A stretch of 64,000 nucleotides of DNA from contig JAYYCW010000059.1 in assembly GCA_036161535.1 (NCBI GenBank), forward strand, positions 203 through 64,202, given 5' to 3'. A program made the position numbers and the translations under genes. Below the pieces are notes generated by a model that was not told the origin of the DNA, ran no database searches, and saw nothing but the letters and a program-made list of their open reading frames with translations. The stretch is from Bacteroidota bacterium (GTDB taxonomy: Bacteria > Bacteroidota > Bacteroidia > Flavobacteriales > Flavobacteriaceae). The stretch's first letter is position 1, and each line of letters starts with the position of its first letter. This document shows positions 9,703-20,384 of this stretch, piece by piece.

Positions 9703-12495
9703 ATGGAATCATTAATGATTTACATGCCACTCGCTATGGCGTTTTTGGGCTTGATATATATGTTGGCAAAAAAGTCCTGGGTAATGAAGCAGGATTCAGG
9801 GGACGGAAAGATGAAAGAAATTTCCGATTATATATACCAAGGTGCTTTGGCATTTTTAAAAGCTGAATACAAGCTTTTAGCAATCTTTGTACTAGTTGTT
9901 AGTGTTGCGCTTGCAATTGTTTCAATTATTGTGCCTTCTACACATCTTATGATTGTTATCGCATTTATCTTTGGTGCTCTATTTTCTGCATATGCAGGGA
10001 ACGTGGGCATGAAAATTGCAACCAAAACAAATGTTAGAACCACACAAGCCGCTCGTACAAGTTTACCAAAAGCCTTGAAGATTTCCTTTGGTGGCGGAAC
10101 AGTTATGGGGCTTGGTGTTGCTGGATTAGCTGTTCTTGGTTTAACAGCATTTTTTATCCTTTTCTACAATATGTTTATGGTAAGTGGAGAAGCTTTCTCA
10201 ACGGAAAACATGACAATTGTATTAGAAACACTAGCTGGATTCTCGCTTGGCGCTGAGTCTATTGCTCTTTTTGCAAGAGTTGGAGGTGGTATCTATACCA
10301 AAGCTGCTGATGTAGGTGCTGATTTAGTTGGAAAGGTAGAGGCTGGAATCCCAGAAGATGATCCGAGAAACCCGGCCACTATTGCTGATAATGTTGGAGA
10401 TAATGTTGGAGATGTTGCGGGGATGGGAGCTGATTTATTTGGTTCCTATGTTGCCACAGTTTTGGCCGCTATGGTTCTTGGAAACTATGTTATAAGAGAC
10501 AATGGTGCCGCTGAAGCTTTCGACGGATTAGGACCAATTCTACTTCCTATGGCAATTGCGGGCTTAGGAATCATTATTTCAATACTTGGATCAATACTCG
10601 TCAAGATTAAATCTAATGATGCAAAAGAAAAAGAGGTAATGGGTGCATTGAACGTTGGAAACTGGTTTTCAATTGCTTTGGTTGCGATTTCATGTTATTT
10701 TCTAGTTGATTGGATGCTACCAGAATCTATGACAATGAAGTTCTTCGGAGAAGCTGATAGGGATATCTCATCTATTAGAGTGTTTGCCGCCACAATAATT
10801 GGCTTGATAGTGGGAGCCGTTATTTCTTCAGTTACGGAATACTACACAGGTTTGGGAAAAAAACCAATTTTAAAAATTGTACAACAATCGAGCACAGGAG
10901 CTGGAACAAATATCATTGCTGGTTTAGCTACGGGGATGATTTCTACTTTTCCTACCATTCTCCTTTTTGCGTCAGCGATTTGGGGATCGTATGCACTTGC
11001 CGGGTTTTACGGTGTAGCAATGGCCGCTTCAGCTATGATGGCTACAACAGCGATGCAGTTGGCTATTGATGCTTTTGGTCCCATTGCTGACAATGCAGGG
11101 GGAATCGCAGAAATGAGCGAACAAGACCCCATTGTTAGAGAAAGAACGGATATTTTAGATTCAGTTGGCAATACGACCGCCGCAACTGGCAAAGGATTTG
11201 CCATTGCTTCCGCTGCGTTGACCTCTCTGGCTTTATTTGCTGCCTATGTAACGTTTACTGGTATTGATGGAATTAATATTTTTAGAGCTCCAGTATTGGC
11301 AATGCTGTTTGTAGGGGCTATGGTACCCGTTGTTTTTTCTGCACTAGCTATGAATGCTGTAGGGCGAGCTGCTATGGAGATGGTACAAGAGGTTCGAAGA
11401 CAGTTTAAGGAAATTTCTGGAATTATGGAGGGAACTGCCAAACCGGAGTATGACAAATGTGTCGATATTTCCACGAAAGCCTCTCTGAAACAAATGATGC
11501 TACCCGGCCTTCTAACGATTGGTTTACCATTGCTTATTGCATTTCTTCCACTGGTGTTTGGAATGGACCATCTGATTATTGCTGAAATGCTTGGAGGTTA
11601 TATGGCAGGTGTAACAGTTTCTGGAGTTCTATGGGCTATCTTTCAAAACAATGCTGGAGGCGCTTGGGACAATGCAAAAAAATCATTTGAAGCTGGGGTA
11701 GAAATCAATGGTGAAATGACCTACAAAGGGTCTGATGCTCACAAGGCAGCAGTCACTGGAGATACCGTTGGAGATCCCTTCAAGGACACTTCTGGACCTT
11801 CAATGAATATTCTTATCAAACTCACGTGTTTGATTGGATTGGTGGTCGCTCCAATTTTAGGAGGCCATTCTGAAGGCTCTGAAACTGAAACCAAAAAACT
11901 CAGTTACAGTTTGGGGGTTAATGTAGCTTCTTCAATTAAAATGCAAGGAGTTGAAGCTATTGATACAAAAGCTATTTCAAAATCTTTTAATGATGTATTC
12001 CAAGGCAATGATTTAGAAATTTCTGAACAAGAAAGTTTACAATTCATACAAAATTATTTCAGGGATTTGCAATTAAAAAAACAATCACAAGCCGCCGAAA
12101 AATCTAGCATCTTAGAACAAGAAGGTATCGCTTATTTGGCTGAAAATGCTAAAAGAGAAGGAGTTGTTACAACGGCAAGCGGACTTCAATATGAAGTATT
12201 GACCAAAGGATCAGGGGCTTCACCTAAGCCGGATGATAATGTCACAGTACATTATACCGGGACATTAATTGATGGGACTGTTTTTGACAGTTCAGTGGAA
12301 AGAGGTGAACCTGCAACATTTGGAGTTACACAGGTTATTGCTGGTTGGACCGAGGCCTTACAGTTAATGTCAGTAGGCGATAAATTACGCTTGGTAATTC
12401 CATCAGATTTAGCTTATGGTTTGAGAGGTGCAGGCCCAAGCATTGGACCAAATTCAACTCTGATATTTGAAGTCGAACTGCTTAAAATTAATTAA
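9703..12495 (+). CDS. hppA: K+-dependent membrane pyrophosphatase (likely H+-pumping) fused to a C-terminal FKBP-type PPIase
   Basis: [45 protein letters not shown] and [10 protein letters not shown] motifs; residues ~723-930 read as FKBP_N + FKBP_C ([45 protein letters not shown]). Confidence 0.95.
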   Translation: MESLMIYMPLAMAFLGLIYMLAKKSWVMKQDSGDGKMKEISDYIYQGALAFLKAEYKLLAIFVLVVSVALAIVSIIVPSTHLMIVIAFIFGALFSAYAGNVGMKIATKTNVRTTQAARTSLPKALKISFGGGTVMGLGVAGLAVLGLTAFFILFYNMFMVSGEAFSTENMTIVLETLAGFSLGAESIALFARVGGGIYTKAADVGADLVGKVEAGIPEDDPRNPATIADNVGDNVGDVAGMGADLFGSYVATVLAAMVLGNYVIRDNGAAEAFDGLGPILLPMAIAGLGIIISILGSILVKIKSNDAKEKEVMGALNVGNWFSIALVAISCYFLVDWMLPESMTMKFFGEADRDISSIRVFAATIIGLIVGAVISSVTEYYTGLGKKPILKIVQQSSTGAGTNIIAGLATGMISTFPTILLFASAIWGSYALAGFYGVAMAASAMMATTAMQLAIDAFGPIADNAGGIAEMSEQDPIVRERTDILDSVGNTTAATGKGFAIASAALTSLALFAAYVTFTGIDGINIFRAPVLAMLFVGAMVPVVFSALAMNAVGRAAMEMVQEVRRQFKEISGIMEGTAKPEYDKCVDISTKASLKQMMLPGLLTIGLPLLIAFLPLVFGMDHLIIAEMLGGYMAGVTVSGVLWAIFQNNAGGAWDNAKKSFEAGVEINGEMTYKGSDAHKAAVTGDTVGDPFKDTSGPSMNILIKLTCLIGLVVAPILGGHSEGSETETKKLSYSLGVNVASSIKMQGVEAIDTKAISKSFNDVFQGNDLEISEQESLQFIQNYFRDLQLKKQSQAAEKSSILEQEGIAYLAENAKREGVVTTASGLQYEVLTKGSGASPKPDDNVTVHYTGTLIDGTVFDSSVERGEPATFGVTQVIAGWTEALQLMSVGDKLRLVIPSDLAYGLRGAGPSIGPNSTLIFEVELLKIN

Positions 12496-12508
12496 AATTT
12501 ATAAAATC

Positions 12509-12541
12509 AAAAAAGCCTCAACAATTTGTAGAGGTTTTTTT
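12509..12541. terminator. Probable bidirectional intrinsic terminator (hppA / dNK convergent)
   Basis: AAAAAAGCCTC...GAGGTTTTTTT hairpin with A and T tails. Confidence 0.7.
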
Positions 12542-12549
12542 GTTTCTTT

Positions 12550-13164
12550 CTAGAAGAGGCCATTAATTTCTGCGTCAATTTTAGCAATGACATTACCAAG
12601 ATCTTCCGCTTTTTCAACAAAATCAAGGTCATCTACATTAACAATTAAAAGGCGCCCTTTGTTATAGCCGTGAATCCAAGCTTCATAACGCTCGTTTAAA
12701 CGGCTCAAATAGTCTATGGAAATGGAGTTTTCATAATCCCGTCCTCTTTTGTGTATTTGATGCACAAGATTGGGAATAGAACTTCTTAAATAAATTAACA
12801 AATCAGGTGCCTGAACAGTGCTTTCCATTAAACTGAAAAGCGATGAGTAATTGTCAAAGTCTCTATTGGTCATCAGTCCCATGGCATGTAAATTAGGGGC
12901 AAAAATATTGGCATCTTCGTAGATTGTTCGGTCTTGAATGATATTTTTCCCACTTTTTCGAATTTGAATAACTTGCCGGAAACGGCTATTTAAAAAATAG
13001 ACCTGTAGATTAAAACTCCAACGTTCCATTTGGTTGTAAAAATCATCTAAGTAAGGATTGTCAACAACATCTTCTAGTTGTGCCTCCCATTTAAAGTGTT
13101 TTGCAAGTAATTGAGTGAGGGTGGTTTTTCCAGCCCCAATGTTTCCAGCAATAGCAATGTGCAT
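12550..13164 (-). CDS. Deoxynucleoside kinase (dCK/dGK family)
   Basis: IAGNIGAGKTT P-loop, QDRTIYED, RGRDYE lid. Confidence 0.93.
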   Translation of the reverse strand: MHIAIAGNIGAGKTTLTQLLAKHFKWEAQLEDVVDNPYLDDFYNQMERWSFNLQVYFLNSRFRQVIQIRKSGKNIIQDRTIYEDANIFAPNLHAMGLMTNRDFDNYSSLFSLMESTVQAPDLLIYLRSSIPNLVHQIHKRGRDYENSISIDYLSRLNERYEAWIHGYNKGRLLIVNVDDLDFVEKAEDLGNVIAKIDAEINGLF

Positions 13165-13167
13165 AAT

Positions 13168-13947
13168 CTAACTTTTTAGTTGGTAGTGGTAAAGAAATTC
13201 ACCGTCATAAATATACAAGGTTTGGTTCATTACAAAAAACTGTTTAATTATTTTTTTTGACGTTTTTAAAACTTCAAACTCAGGACTGTTATTTTTTTTG
13301 TAGAAGAGCAAATTTCCTTTTTTAAAAATGGAAAAATTAGACCCCAATTTAAAATCCTCAAAACCGTGATGTTTTATTTTTGAGATTAAACTTCCAGTAT
13401 AGTTGTAGTGGTACAAGTCAGATGTCGTTAGAGCAAAAACATTGTTATAGTCGCTCTGCAGCGCCACTACCTCACGATCAAAGGGAAGGCTATTTAACTT
13501 TGTTTTTTGAGTTTTGTAATCAAATAGCTCTAGCTGAAGGCTAAGTGCATTGTACAGCCAAAGCGCACTTTCATTGGCATAGGCAATTTCAGTCACCAGT
13601 CTGTAGGGTGTAATATTGTTAAAGTTGATGATATTTATTTCAGCCATGCGATTGTCTAGCATCACTATTGAGTTAAAGTTTTTATGAAGGACTGCAAGCT
13701 TAAGCGCATTAAAGACGTGAACTTGATCAATCTTACCTAATTGAAGATTGCTGTAAGATTGAAGGTTGCTGCCAATCTTTTTTTCAAGCGCATCATTTTT
13801 GATATAATACAATGATTCAAAGCGGTCTACCCCAACAAAAATATCATGTGAAACTTTCTCTTTTTTAAGCAGCGTTAGTGCTGTTGTATTTTGAGCGCTT
13901 GTCATTAGGACACTTAACAACAAAATAAGGACTATGAGTTTTTTCAT
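13168..13947 (-). CDS. Hypothetical exported protein
   Basis: Likely start MKKLIVLILL with signal peptide; no family recognised. Confidence 0.6.
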   Translation of the reverse strand: MKKLIVLILLLSVLMTSAQNTTALTLLKKEKVSHDIFVGVDRFESLYYIKNDALEKKIGSNLQSYSNLQLGKIDQVHVFNALKLAVLHKNFNSIVMLDNRMAEINIINFNNITPYRLVTEIAYANESALWLYNALSLQLELFDYKTQKTKLNSLPFDREVVALQSDYNNVFALTTSDLYHYNYTGSLISKIKHHGFEDFKLGSNFSIFKKGNLLFYKKNNSPEFEVLKTSKKIIKQFFVMNQTLYIYDGEFLYHYQLKS

Positions 13948-14052
13948 TAGCTGAAAATACAAAAAAAAATAGCTTTAAATTTGTTACAAAACATAATTAG
14001 TTTCGACAAATAAAACAATCAATGACAAAACATAATTTAAGTTTGTGATGAA

Positions 14053-14072
14053 TTTAACGATGCATCGTTAAA
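14053..14072. promoter_or_regulatory. Perfect 20-bp palindrome, putative repressor site of the GLPGLI operon
   Basis: TTTAACGATG-CATCGTTAAA, 7 bp upstream of the -7 box TAAATTTG (14080-14087). Confidence 0.6.
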
Positions 14073-14115
14073 CAAACTGTAAATTTGTACAGTTGAATTC
14101 AATGAGATAAAAGAT

Positions 14116-14976
14116 ATGAGATTAAACTACAACCTTGCGATTACAATGCTCTTAGCGCTAATATCCAATTCAATTTTGTCGCAAGATTTTCAAGGCAAAG
14201 CCTATTACTTCTCTAAGACAACCCCTGATATGAGTGGCTGGGGTAATGGACAAATGACAGAGTTTCAAAAGAAACAAATTGCTGAGCGCATGCGGGGAAT
14301 GTTTGAAAAGTCTTATGTTTTAAATTTTGATAGACAAGCTTCTATTTTTAAAGAAGAGGAAGTTTTAGAAGCTCCAGGTCAAAAAGGATTTGGAGGCTGG
14401 TGGAGTAGCTTTTCATCTGGACCCCAATATAAAAATATAAAAACCCGACAGTTTATTCAAGACCAAGAGTTTTTTGGCCGCCAATTTTTAATCACGGACA
14501 CCCTTCAAAAGTTTGAGTGGAAAATGGGTACTGAAACCAAGCAAATTGGGCAATATTTATGCATGAAAGCAACCGCTATAAAAAAAGTAGATGAATTTGA
14601 CTGGCGCAGCATGCGACGTAAAAAAAGTTTTGAAAAAAATCGAGACAAATCCAAAGCAGATTCTACGAAAGCCAAATCCGTAACTGAAGATATCGAAGTT
14701 CCCAAAACCATTGAAGTTACCGCCTGGTATACGCCTCAAATACCAATCAATCACGGACCAGACGAGTTCTGGGGGTTGCCAGGGCTTATTCTTGAAGTCA
14801 ATGCCGATCAGACAAGTATCTTATGTTCAAAAATTGTAATGAACCCTGAACAAAAATTCACGATTGAGGCTCCTGACAAGGGCCGTATTATTTCTCGGTC
14901 TGATTACAACGAAACAGTCAAGCATAAAATGAAAGAAATGCGTGAAATGTACCGTGGACGCGGGGGGAGAAAATAA
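14116..14976 (+). CDS. GLPGLI family exported protein
   Basis: Signal peptide; AWYTPQIP..GP..FWGLPGLILEV signature. Confidence 0.93.
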   Translation: MRLNYNLAITMLLALISNSILSQDFQGKAYYFSKTTPDMSGWGNGQMTEFQKKQIAERMRGMFEKSYVLNFDRQASIFKEEEVLEAPGQKGFGGWWSSFSSGPQYKNIKTRQFIQDQEFFGRQFLITDTLQKFEWKMGTETKQIGQYLCMKATAIKKVDEFDWRSMRRKKSFEKNRDKSKADSTKAKSVTEDIEVPKTIEVTAWYTPQIPINHGPDEFWGLPGLILEVNADQTSILCSKIVMNPEQKFTIEAPDKGRIISRSDYNETVKHKMKEMREMYRGRGGRK

Positions 14977-15009
14977 TCCAACTCAAATTCAACAACCAAT
15001 TTTTTAGAG

Positions 15010-17736
15010 ATGAAATATTTTATAGTTCTTTTTTTACTGCTATTTTTCGGAGAGGGTTATTCTCAAATAAAACTTCAAGGATATGTCAAAGATTCCACCG
15101 GAAACGCTTTAGAGTTGGCCAACGTCATTGCCATTAACAAGGCCACATCTGCTTTGGATTCATACGGCATCACCAACGAAGCCGGTCGCTTCAAATTAAA
15201 TCTTAAAAAGAATACTGTTTACACTCTACAGCTAAGCTACATAGGTATGAAATCAATAAATCAGACTTATGAAACTACAAGCACTGATGCTTCCATAGAT
15301 TTTACGATGCAACAAGATAATACTTTGGATACCGTGGAGTTGACCTATGAAATGCCAGTTACCATCAGTGGAGATACGCTCACTTATAATGCGGATTCTT
15401 TTAACAAAGGGACGGAGCGCAAACTAGAAGATGTTTTGGAAAATTTACCAGGAGTCGAAATCAATGATGATGGTCAGGTTGAAGTTGAGGGAAAGGTCGT
15501 AACAAAATTAATGGTTGAGGGTAAAGACTTCTTTGATGGAGACAGCAAATTAGCCACCAAGAACATTCCTTCCAATGCCGTTGACAAAGTCCAGGTTTTA
15601 AAAAATTATGCAGAGATTGGACAGCTGAGCGGGGTTACCAATAACCAAGACAATATTGCCATTAATATCAAACTCAAAGAAGGCAAAAAGAATTTTTGGT
15701 TTGGCAATGTCATGGCTGGTGCAGGTGAGCCCGAGGTTCATCCAGCGGTTGAGCCCCTTTACTTGGTCCAACCAAAACTTTTTTACTACAGCCCTGAGTA
15801 CAGCATTAACGTTATCGGCGATTTAAACAATACAGGGGAAGTTGCTTTTACAAGGCGGGACTATTTTAATTTTACTGGAGGTTTCAAAAGACCCGCATTG
15901 GGGAGTGGTACAAATTTAAATTTAGGGAGTAACGATATTGCAGCTCTTGCACTTCAAAATAATCGAGCCAAAGATATCAATACAAAATTTGGGGCTGCCA
16001 ATTTTAGTTGGTCGCCCAAAAGTACTTTAGATTTGGGTGGCTTTGCCATCTTTTCGAATAGCCGAAATGAATTGCAACAAAACCGTTTCATTCAATACAC
16101 CGATGCAGCTATTGGCAGCATTCCCGATGAAGAAACGCAAAGTAATACGTTTCAAGAAAATAATTTAGGAATGCTCAAGTTGTCCACTAAATTCCAACCC
16201 AATGCTAGCAATCAATTAGAATACGAAGTATTTAGCCAATTGTCAAAAAGCCAACAAGATCAGAGGTTTTTCTCTTCCATAAATAACTCTATTAATCAAT
16301 TTGAAGAAGCCACTCCTTTTAACATAAGTCAAAATTTAAATTACTATTATACCCTTGACGAAAAAAATATTTTTGCAGTTGAAGTCCAGCATCTAATCAA
16401 AGACGAAGATCCTTTTTACAACGCTTTGTTGGAAGACAAACTCAATTATGACAGCACTGCCGCCTTTTTAGGCTTGGACAACAACCAAAGCAACTATAAC
16501 ATAGCCCAACAAAAGCGCATCAAATCAAACCAATTGGATGCCAAGCTTGATTACTGGCATATTATAAACAAAAAGAGCAATATAAACTTAACATTTGGAT
16601 CGATTTTAAGTCACCAAAAGTTTAATTCTAATATTTTTCAGTTTTTAGATGATGGATCACGAATTGAAACAACTCCAACCATAGCCGATGGCTTAGGCGT
16701 TAATGCAATTGATTACAGATTTACAGATTTGTACCTTGGGTTTCACTATCGGCTAAAATCAGGTATTTTCACCATTACACCTGGATTTTCAGGACATGCG
16801 TATTATGTAAATAACAGTCAATTTGGACAAAAAGTAACTGACAATTTTTTTAGATTTTTACCCGATCTCAATGTGCTTATTCAACTTAAAAAAAGTGAAA
16901 CTTTGAATTTAAATTATAGAATGCAAACCCAGTTTACAGATGTTTCTAATTTTGCTAGAGGATTGGTACTGAATAACTATAATGCCCTATTTTCTGGGAA
17001 TCCTGATCTTGAAAATTCCTTATCTCACAATATCAATTTGTTTTATTACAGTTTTAATATGTTTAATTATACCAACGTATTTGCAAGACTCAGTTATAAC
17101 AAAAGCATTGATAATATAAGGACGCAGTCGTTGTTTCAACCGGGCAGTGTGATTAGAGTGTCTAATCCCTTTAATTCTTCTTTTGCCGATGAAAGCGTAA
17201 CTGCTAACGGTCGTTTTCAACGGACTTTTGGTAAAATTCGCGCTTCTCTGCGAGGTAATTTTAATTACTCAAAGTTCAATCAATTTATTCAAGATCGCCG
17301 CAGTGAAAATGAGACGTTTACACAGACTTATCGCGCCCAAATTCGAACCAATTTCAGGACTGCACCCAACGTGGATTTAAGTTATCGCTATACCATTCAG
17401 GATAATAATTTAGGCCAAAACAGCACCAAATTTTTTACTAAAAGTCCCTCCATTGAAGTGGACGCTTTGATTTTAAAGTCCTTTACTATCAAAACGGATT
17501 ACTCATACAATGATTTTAGTAATGAGATTGGTACCATAAATACCTTTGAATTCTGGAATGCCTCGTTGACCTATCGAAAGGACAAAGATTCAAAACTTGA
17601 ATACGAACTGAGAGCAACAAATTTATTGGATACTCGCTCCCAAAACCAAAGCAGCGCTGGGAATATTTCAGTTAGTGCGACAGAGTATTTCATTCAGCCA
17701 CGTTTCATTACTTTCCGCATCCGACTCGAATTGTAG
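15010..17736 (+). CDS. Outer-membrane beta-barrel, TonB-dependent-receptor-like, with N-terminal carboxypeptidase-regulatory-like domain
   Basis: Signal peptide, GYVKD...SYIG N-domain, plug-like LEDVLENLPGV, C-terminal amphipathic strands (NPDLE, PRFITFRIRLEL). Confidence 0.8.
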   Translation: MKYFIVLFLLLFFGEGYSQIKLQGYVKDSTGNALELANVIAINKATSALDSYGITNEAGRFKLNLKKNTVYTLQLSYIGMKSINQTYETTSTDASIDFTMQQDNTLDTVELTYEMPVTISGDTLTYNADSFNKGTERKLEDVLENLPGVEINDDGQVEVEGKVVTKLMVEGKDFFDGDSKLATKNIPSNAVDKVQVLKNYAEIGQLSGVTNNQDNIAINIKLKEGKKNFWFGNVMAGAGEPEVHPAVEPLYLVQPKLFYYSPEYSINVIGDLNNTGEVAFTRRDYFNFTGGFKRPALGSGTNLNLGSNDIAALALQNNRAKDINTKFGAANFSWSPKSTLDLGGFAIFSNSRNELQQNRFIQYTDAAIGSIPDEETQSNTFQENNLGMLKLSTKFQPNASNQLEYEVFSQLSKSQQDQRFFSSINNSINQFEEATPFNISQNLNYYYTLDEKNIFAVEVQHLIKDEDPFYNALLEDKLNYDSTAAFLGLDNNQSNYNIAQQKRIKSNQLDAKLDYWHIINKKSNINLTFGSILSHQKFNSNIFQFLDDGSRIETTPTIADGLGVNAIDYRFTDLYLGFHYRLKSGIFTITPGFSGHAYYVNNSQFGQKVTDNFFRFLPDLNVLIQLKKSETLNLNYRMQTQFTDVSNFARGLVLNNYNALFSGNPDLENSLSHNINLFYYSFNMFNYTNVFARLSYNKSIDNIRTQSLFQPGSVIRVSNPFNSSFADESVTANGRFQRTFGKIRASLRGNFNYSKFNQFIQDRRSENETFTQTYRAQIRTNFRTAPNVDLSYRYTIQDNNLGQNSTKFFTKSPSIEVDALILKSFTIKTDYSYNDFSNEIGTINTFEFWNASLTYRKDKDSKLEYELRATNLLDTRSQNQSSAGNISVSATEYFIQPRFITFRIRLEL

Positions 17737-17767
17737 GAATGATATAAAAAGTTTAAAACATCTTTAT

Positions 17768-19024
17768 TCATAAATTAAAAGCATTTTTTACAGCGGGTAC
17801 GAGATTGATTTTTTCCCAAGTAAAGAGCTCAACGTTTAACAACTTTTTTTCGCCGTTTGGTCTGTAAAAAACCTTTTCAACCGTTTGATTTTTGCGTCCC
17901 ATATGTCCATAGGCAGCCGTTTCGCTATATATAGGAGCTCGCAGTTTGAGGCGCTTTTCAATGGCTGCGGGTCGCAGATCAATGAGTTTAGTGATTTTTT
18001 GAGCAATTTCACCATCCGTAAGACTTATTTTGGAGGTACCATAGGTATTTACATAAATACCCATTGGCTCTGAAACACCAATGGCATAACTCACTTGGAC
18101 AAGGATTTCATCACATACTCCCGCAGCCACCATATTTTTGGCAATGTATCGCATGGCGTAGGCTGCTGAGCGATCTACTTTACTCGGATCTTTTCCTGAA
18201 AATGCACCACCGCCGTGGGCCCCTTTTCCTCCGTAAGTATCTACCACAATTTTACGGCCTGTAAGCCCTGTATCTCCGTGAGGACCCCCAATTACAAACT
18301 TTCCTGTAGGATTGATTTGGTAATTAATATCACCGTTAAAGAGCATTTGAGATTTTGTTGGTAGTTTAGCTATTACTCTGGGTATTAAGACGTTAATTAA
18401 ATCCTTTTCAATCGTTTTTAACATGGCTTTTTCATCCTCTAAAAATGGATCGTGTTGGGTTGAGATCACAATAGAATCAATGCGCGTCGGGACATTGTCG
18501 TCATTATATTCCAGCGTTACTTGACTTTTTGAATCTGGCCGCAAATAACAAATCTCTTTATTTTCACGTCTTAAAGCTGCAAGTTCTTTTAAAATGCGGT
18601 GTGACAGGTCTAGGGCCAAGGGCATATAATTCTCTGTCTCATTGGTGGCATATCCAAACATTATACCCTGATCACCCGCACCTTGGTCTTCTGGCCTTGC
18701 TTTGTCTACCCCACGATTTATATCTTCAGATTGTTCGTGAATGGTTGACAAAACACCACAAGAATTTCCATCAAACATATACTCCCCTTTAGTGTAGCCA
18801 ATTTTATTGATGGTGTTTCGCGCTATTTGCTGTACATCTAAGTATGTTTTGGATTTAACCTCACCAGCCAAGATCACTTGTCCAGTTGTTACCAAGGTTT
18901 CACAAGCCACTTTTGATTGTGGATCAAAGGCCAAGAAATGATCGATGATGGCATCGCTAATTTGATCGGCCACTTTATCAGGATGTCCTTCTGACACGCT
19001 TTCAGAGGTAAATAAATAACTCAT
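17768..19024 (-). CDS. metK: S-adenosylmethionine synthetase
   Basis: [35 protein letters not shown]. Confidence 0.98.
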   Translation of the reverse strand: MSYLFTSESVSEGHPDKVADQISDAIIDHFLAFDPQSKVACETLVTTGQVILAGEVKSKTYLDVQQIARNTINKIGYTKGEYMFDGNSCGVLSTIHEQSEDINRGVDKARPEDQGAGDQGIMFGYATNETENYMPLALDLSHRILKELAALRRENKEICYLRPDSKSQVTLEYNDDNVPTRIDSIVISTQHDPFLEDEKAMLKTIEKDLINVLIPRVIAKLPTKSQMLFNGDINYQINPTGKFVIGGPHGDTGLTGRKIVVDTYGGKGAHGGGAFSGKDPSKVDRSAAYAMRYIAKNMVAAGVCDEILVQVSYAIGVSEPMGIYVNTYGTSKISLTDGEIAQKITKLIDLRPAAIEKRLKLRAPIYSETAAYGHMGRKNQTVEKVFYRPNGEKKLLNVELFTWEKINLVPAVKNAFNL

Positions 19025-19075
19025 GTTTTTAAAAGTTATGAGGAAAAAAGCTGCAACAAGCTAAAGGGAAATACA

Positions 19076-19125
19076 CTGCTTTAGCTTTTTTTAATGAGGT
19101 TGCAATCAGATCAAATTTGTCCTCT
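19076..19125 (-). ncRNA. SAM-II class riboswitch upstream of metK
   Basis: Minus strand reads AGAGG-acaa-ATTTGATC-tg-ATTGCAA-CCTC-attaaaaaaa-GCTAAAGCAG: P1 GAGG/CCTC, conserved ATTT..TTGC core and GCTAAA pseudoknot strand; located in the metK 5' UTR. Confidence 0.8.
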
Positions 19126-19236
19126 ATATTAAAAGCAAATTTAATACATATTGTACTATTAAAAAAGTTTTATTGTAAATCAGCACAATAAAAGTTTAAA
19201 TAAATACATTATTTTTATCCTCCTATTTTTACAGAA

Positions 19237-20328
19237 ATGATCCGTTTTTTAAGCTGTTTGTTTTGTCTTGTTTTTTGGTTTGGTTTGTCTCAAGAAAAGC
19301 AGAGCAGTGGCTTCACCGATATAAATTATTTTCAAGGTCACATACCTCTACACAATCCCGATATACTACACTTGATTAAGGGCCGGCCTGAGGGTACTCT
19401 CATTGCATGGAATCGTCGCACTAACGGAGAAAAACAGTGGCAAAGATGTTACAATTACCCAGATTATGGGTTTTCTTTTATGTTTCAAGATTTAAAAAAT
19501 GACGTTCTTGGAAACACTTTAGGACTGTATGGACACTTTAATTTTTATTTTTTTAAGCGGCGAATGATGTTGCGTGTTGGGCAAGGGGTTATGCTGTCCA
19601 CAAACCCCTATGATAAAAATTCAAATCCAAAAAATATTGCTTTTGGATCTCAGCTGTTGGTCAGTCCCTATATCATGCTAAATTACAAGAAGTCAAATCT
19701 AATAGGCCCTCTTGGTTTTCAATCTGGATTGATTTTCTTTCACGCTTCTAATGGAAATTTTAAAGCCCCAAATACAAGTATAAATACCATTAATCTCAAC
19801 TTTGGGCTTAATTACGACTTAGATGCAAAGCAAATGATTTATAACAAACCGTTGGAAGAATACGAAATTCCTCAGGATTTTAACTTCAACCTTGTTTTTC
19901 GTTCCGGTGTCAATCAAATTAGTGCTCTTGGTAGTCCACAATATCCTTTTTATACATTTTCAGCCTACCTCAATAAACATATTAATTTTTTTAGTGCCTT
20001 TCAGTTTGGTCTAGATGCCTTTTTTTCATTGGCACTGAAAGAAGAAATATACTATCGAAGCGTTGCATTTCCAGAGACACCCTCCGATCCTAATGCAGAT
20101 TACCGCCGTGTTGGAACCTTTTTGGGATATGAATTGTTTATAAATAAATTGTCAGTTTTCGCTCAACTGGGCTACTATATTTATTATCCCTACGATTTTG
20201 AAGGTCGCTATTACAACAGGCTTGGTCTAAAATATTATTTTAGCGATCGTTGGTTTGGGGCTTTTTCTGTAAAATCTCATAGCGCCATTGCAGAATCGCT
20301 TGAGTTTGGAATTGGAGTGCGTTTTTAA
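19237..20328 (+). CDS. Acyloxyacyl hydrolase / PagL-like lipid A deacylase family outer-membrane protein
   Basis: Signal peptide, H-x-S-N-G motif (FHASNG..PNTSIN), C-terminal GIGVRF. Confidence 0.7.
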   Translation: MIRFLSCLFCLVFWFGLSQEKQSSGFTDINYFQGHIPLHNPDILHLIKGRPEGTLIAWNRRTNGEKQWQRCYNYPDYGFSFMFQDLKNDVLGNTLGLYGHFNFYFFKRRMMLRVGQGVMLSTNPYDKNSNPKNIAFGSQLLVSPYIMLNYKKSNLIGPLGFQSGLIFFHASNGNFKAPNTSINTINLNFGLNYDLDAKQMIYNKPLEEYEIPQDFNFNLVFRSGVNQISALGSPQYPFYTFSAYLNKHINFFSAFQFGLDAFFSLALKEEIYYRSVAFPETPSDPNADYRRVGTFLGYELFINKLSVFAQLGYYIYYPYDFEGRYYNRLGLKYYFSDRWFGAFSVKSHSAIAESLEFGIGVRF

Positions 20329-20384
20329 TTCTTCGTTATGTGATTTAAAGCGATATAAACCCACATCGAGCAGTTAATAAAACT

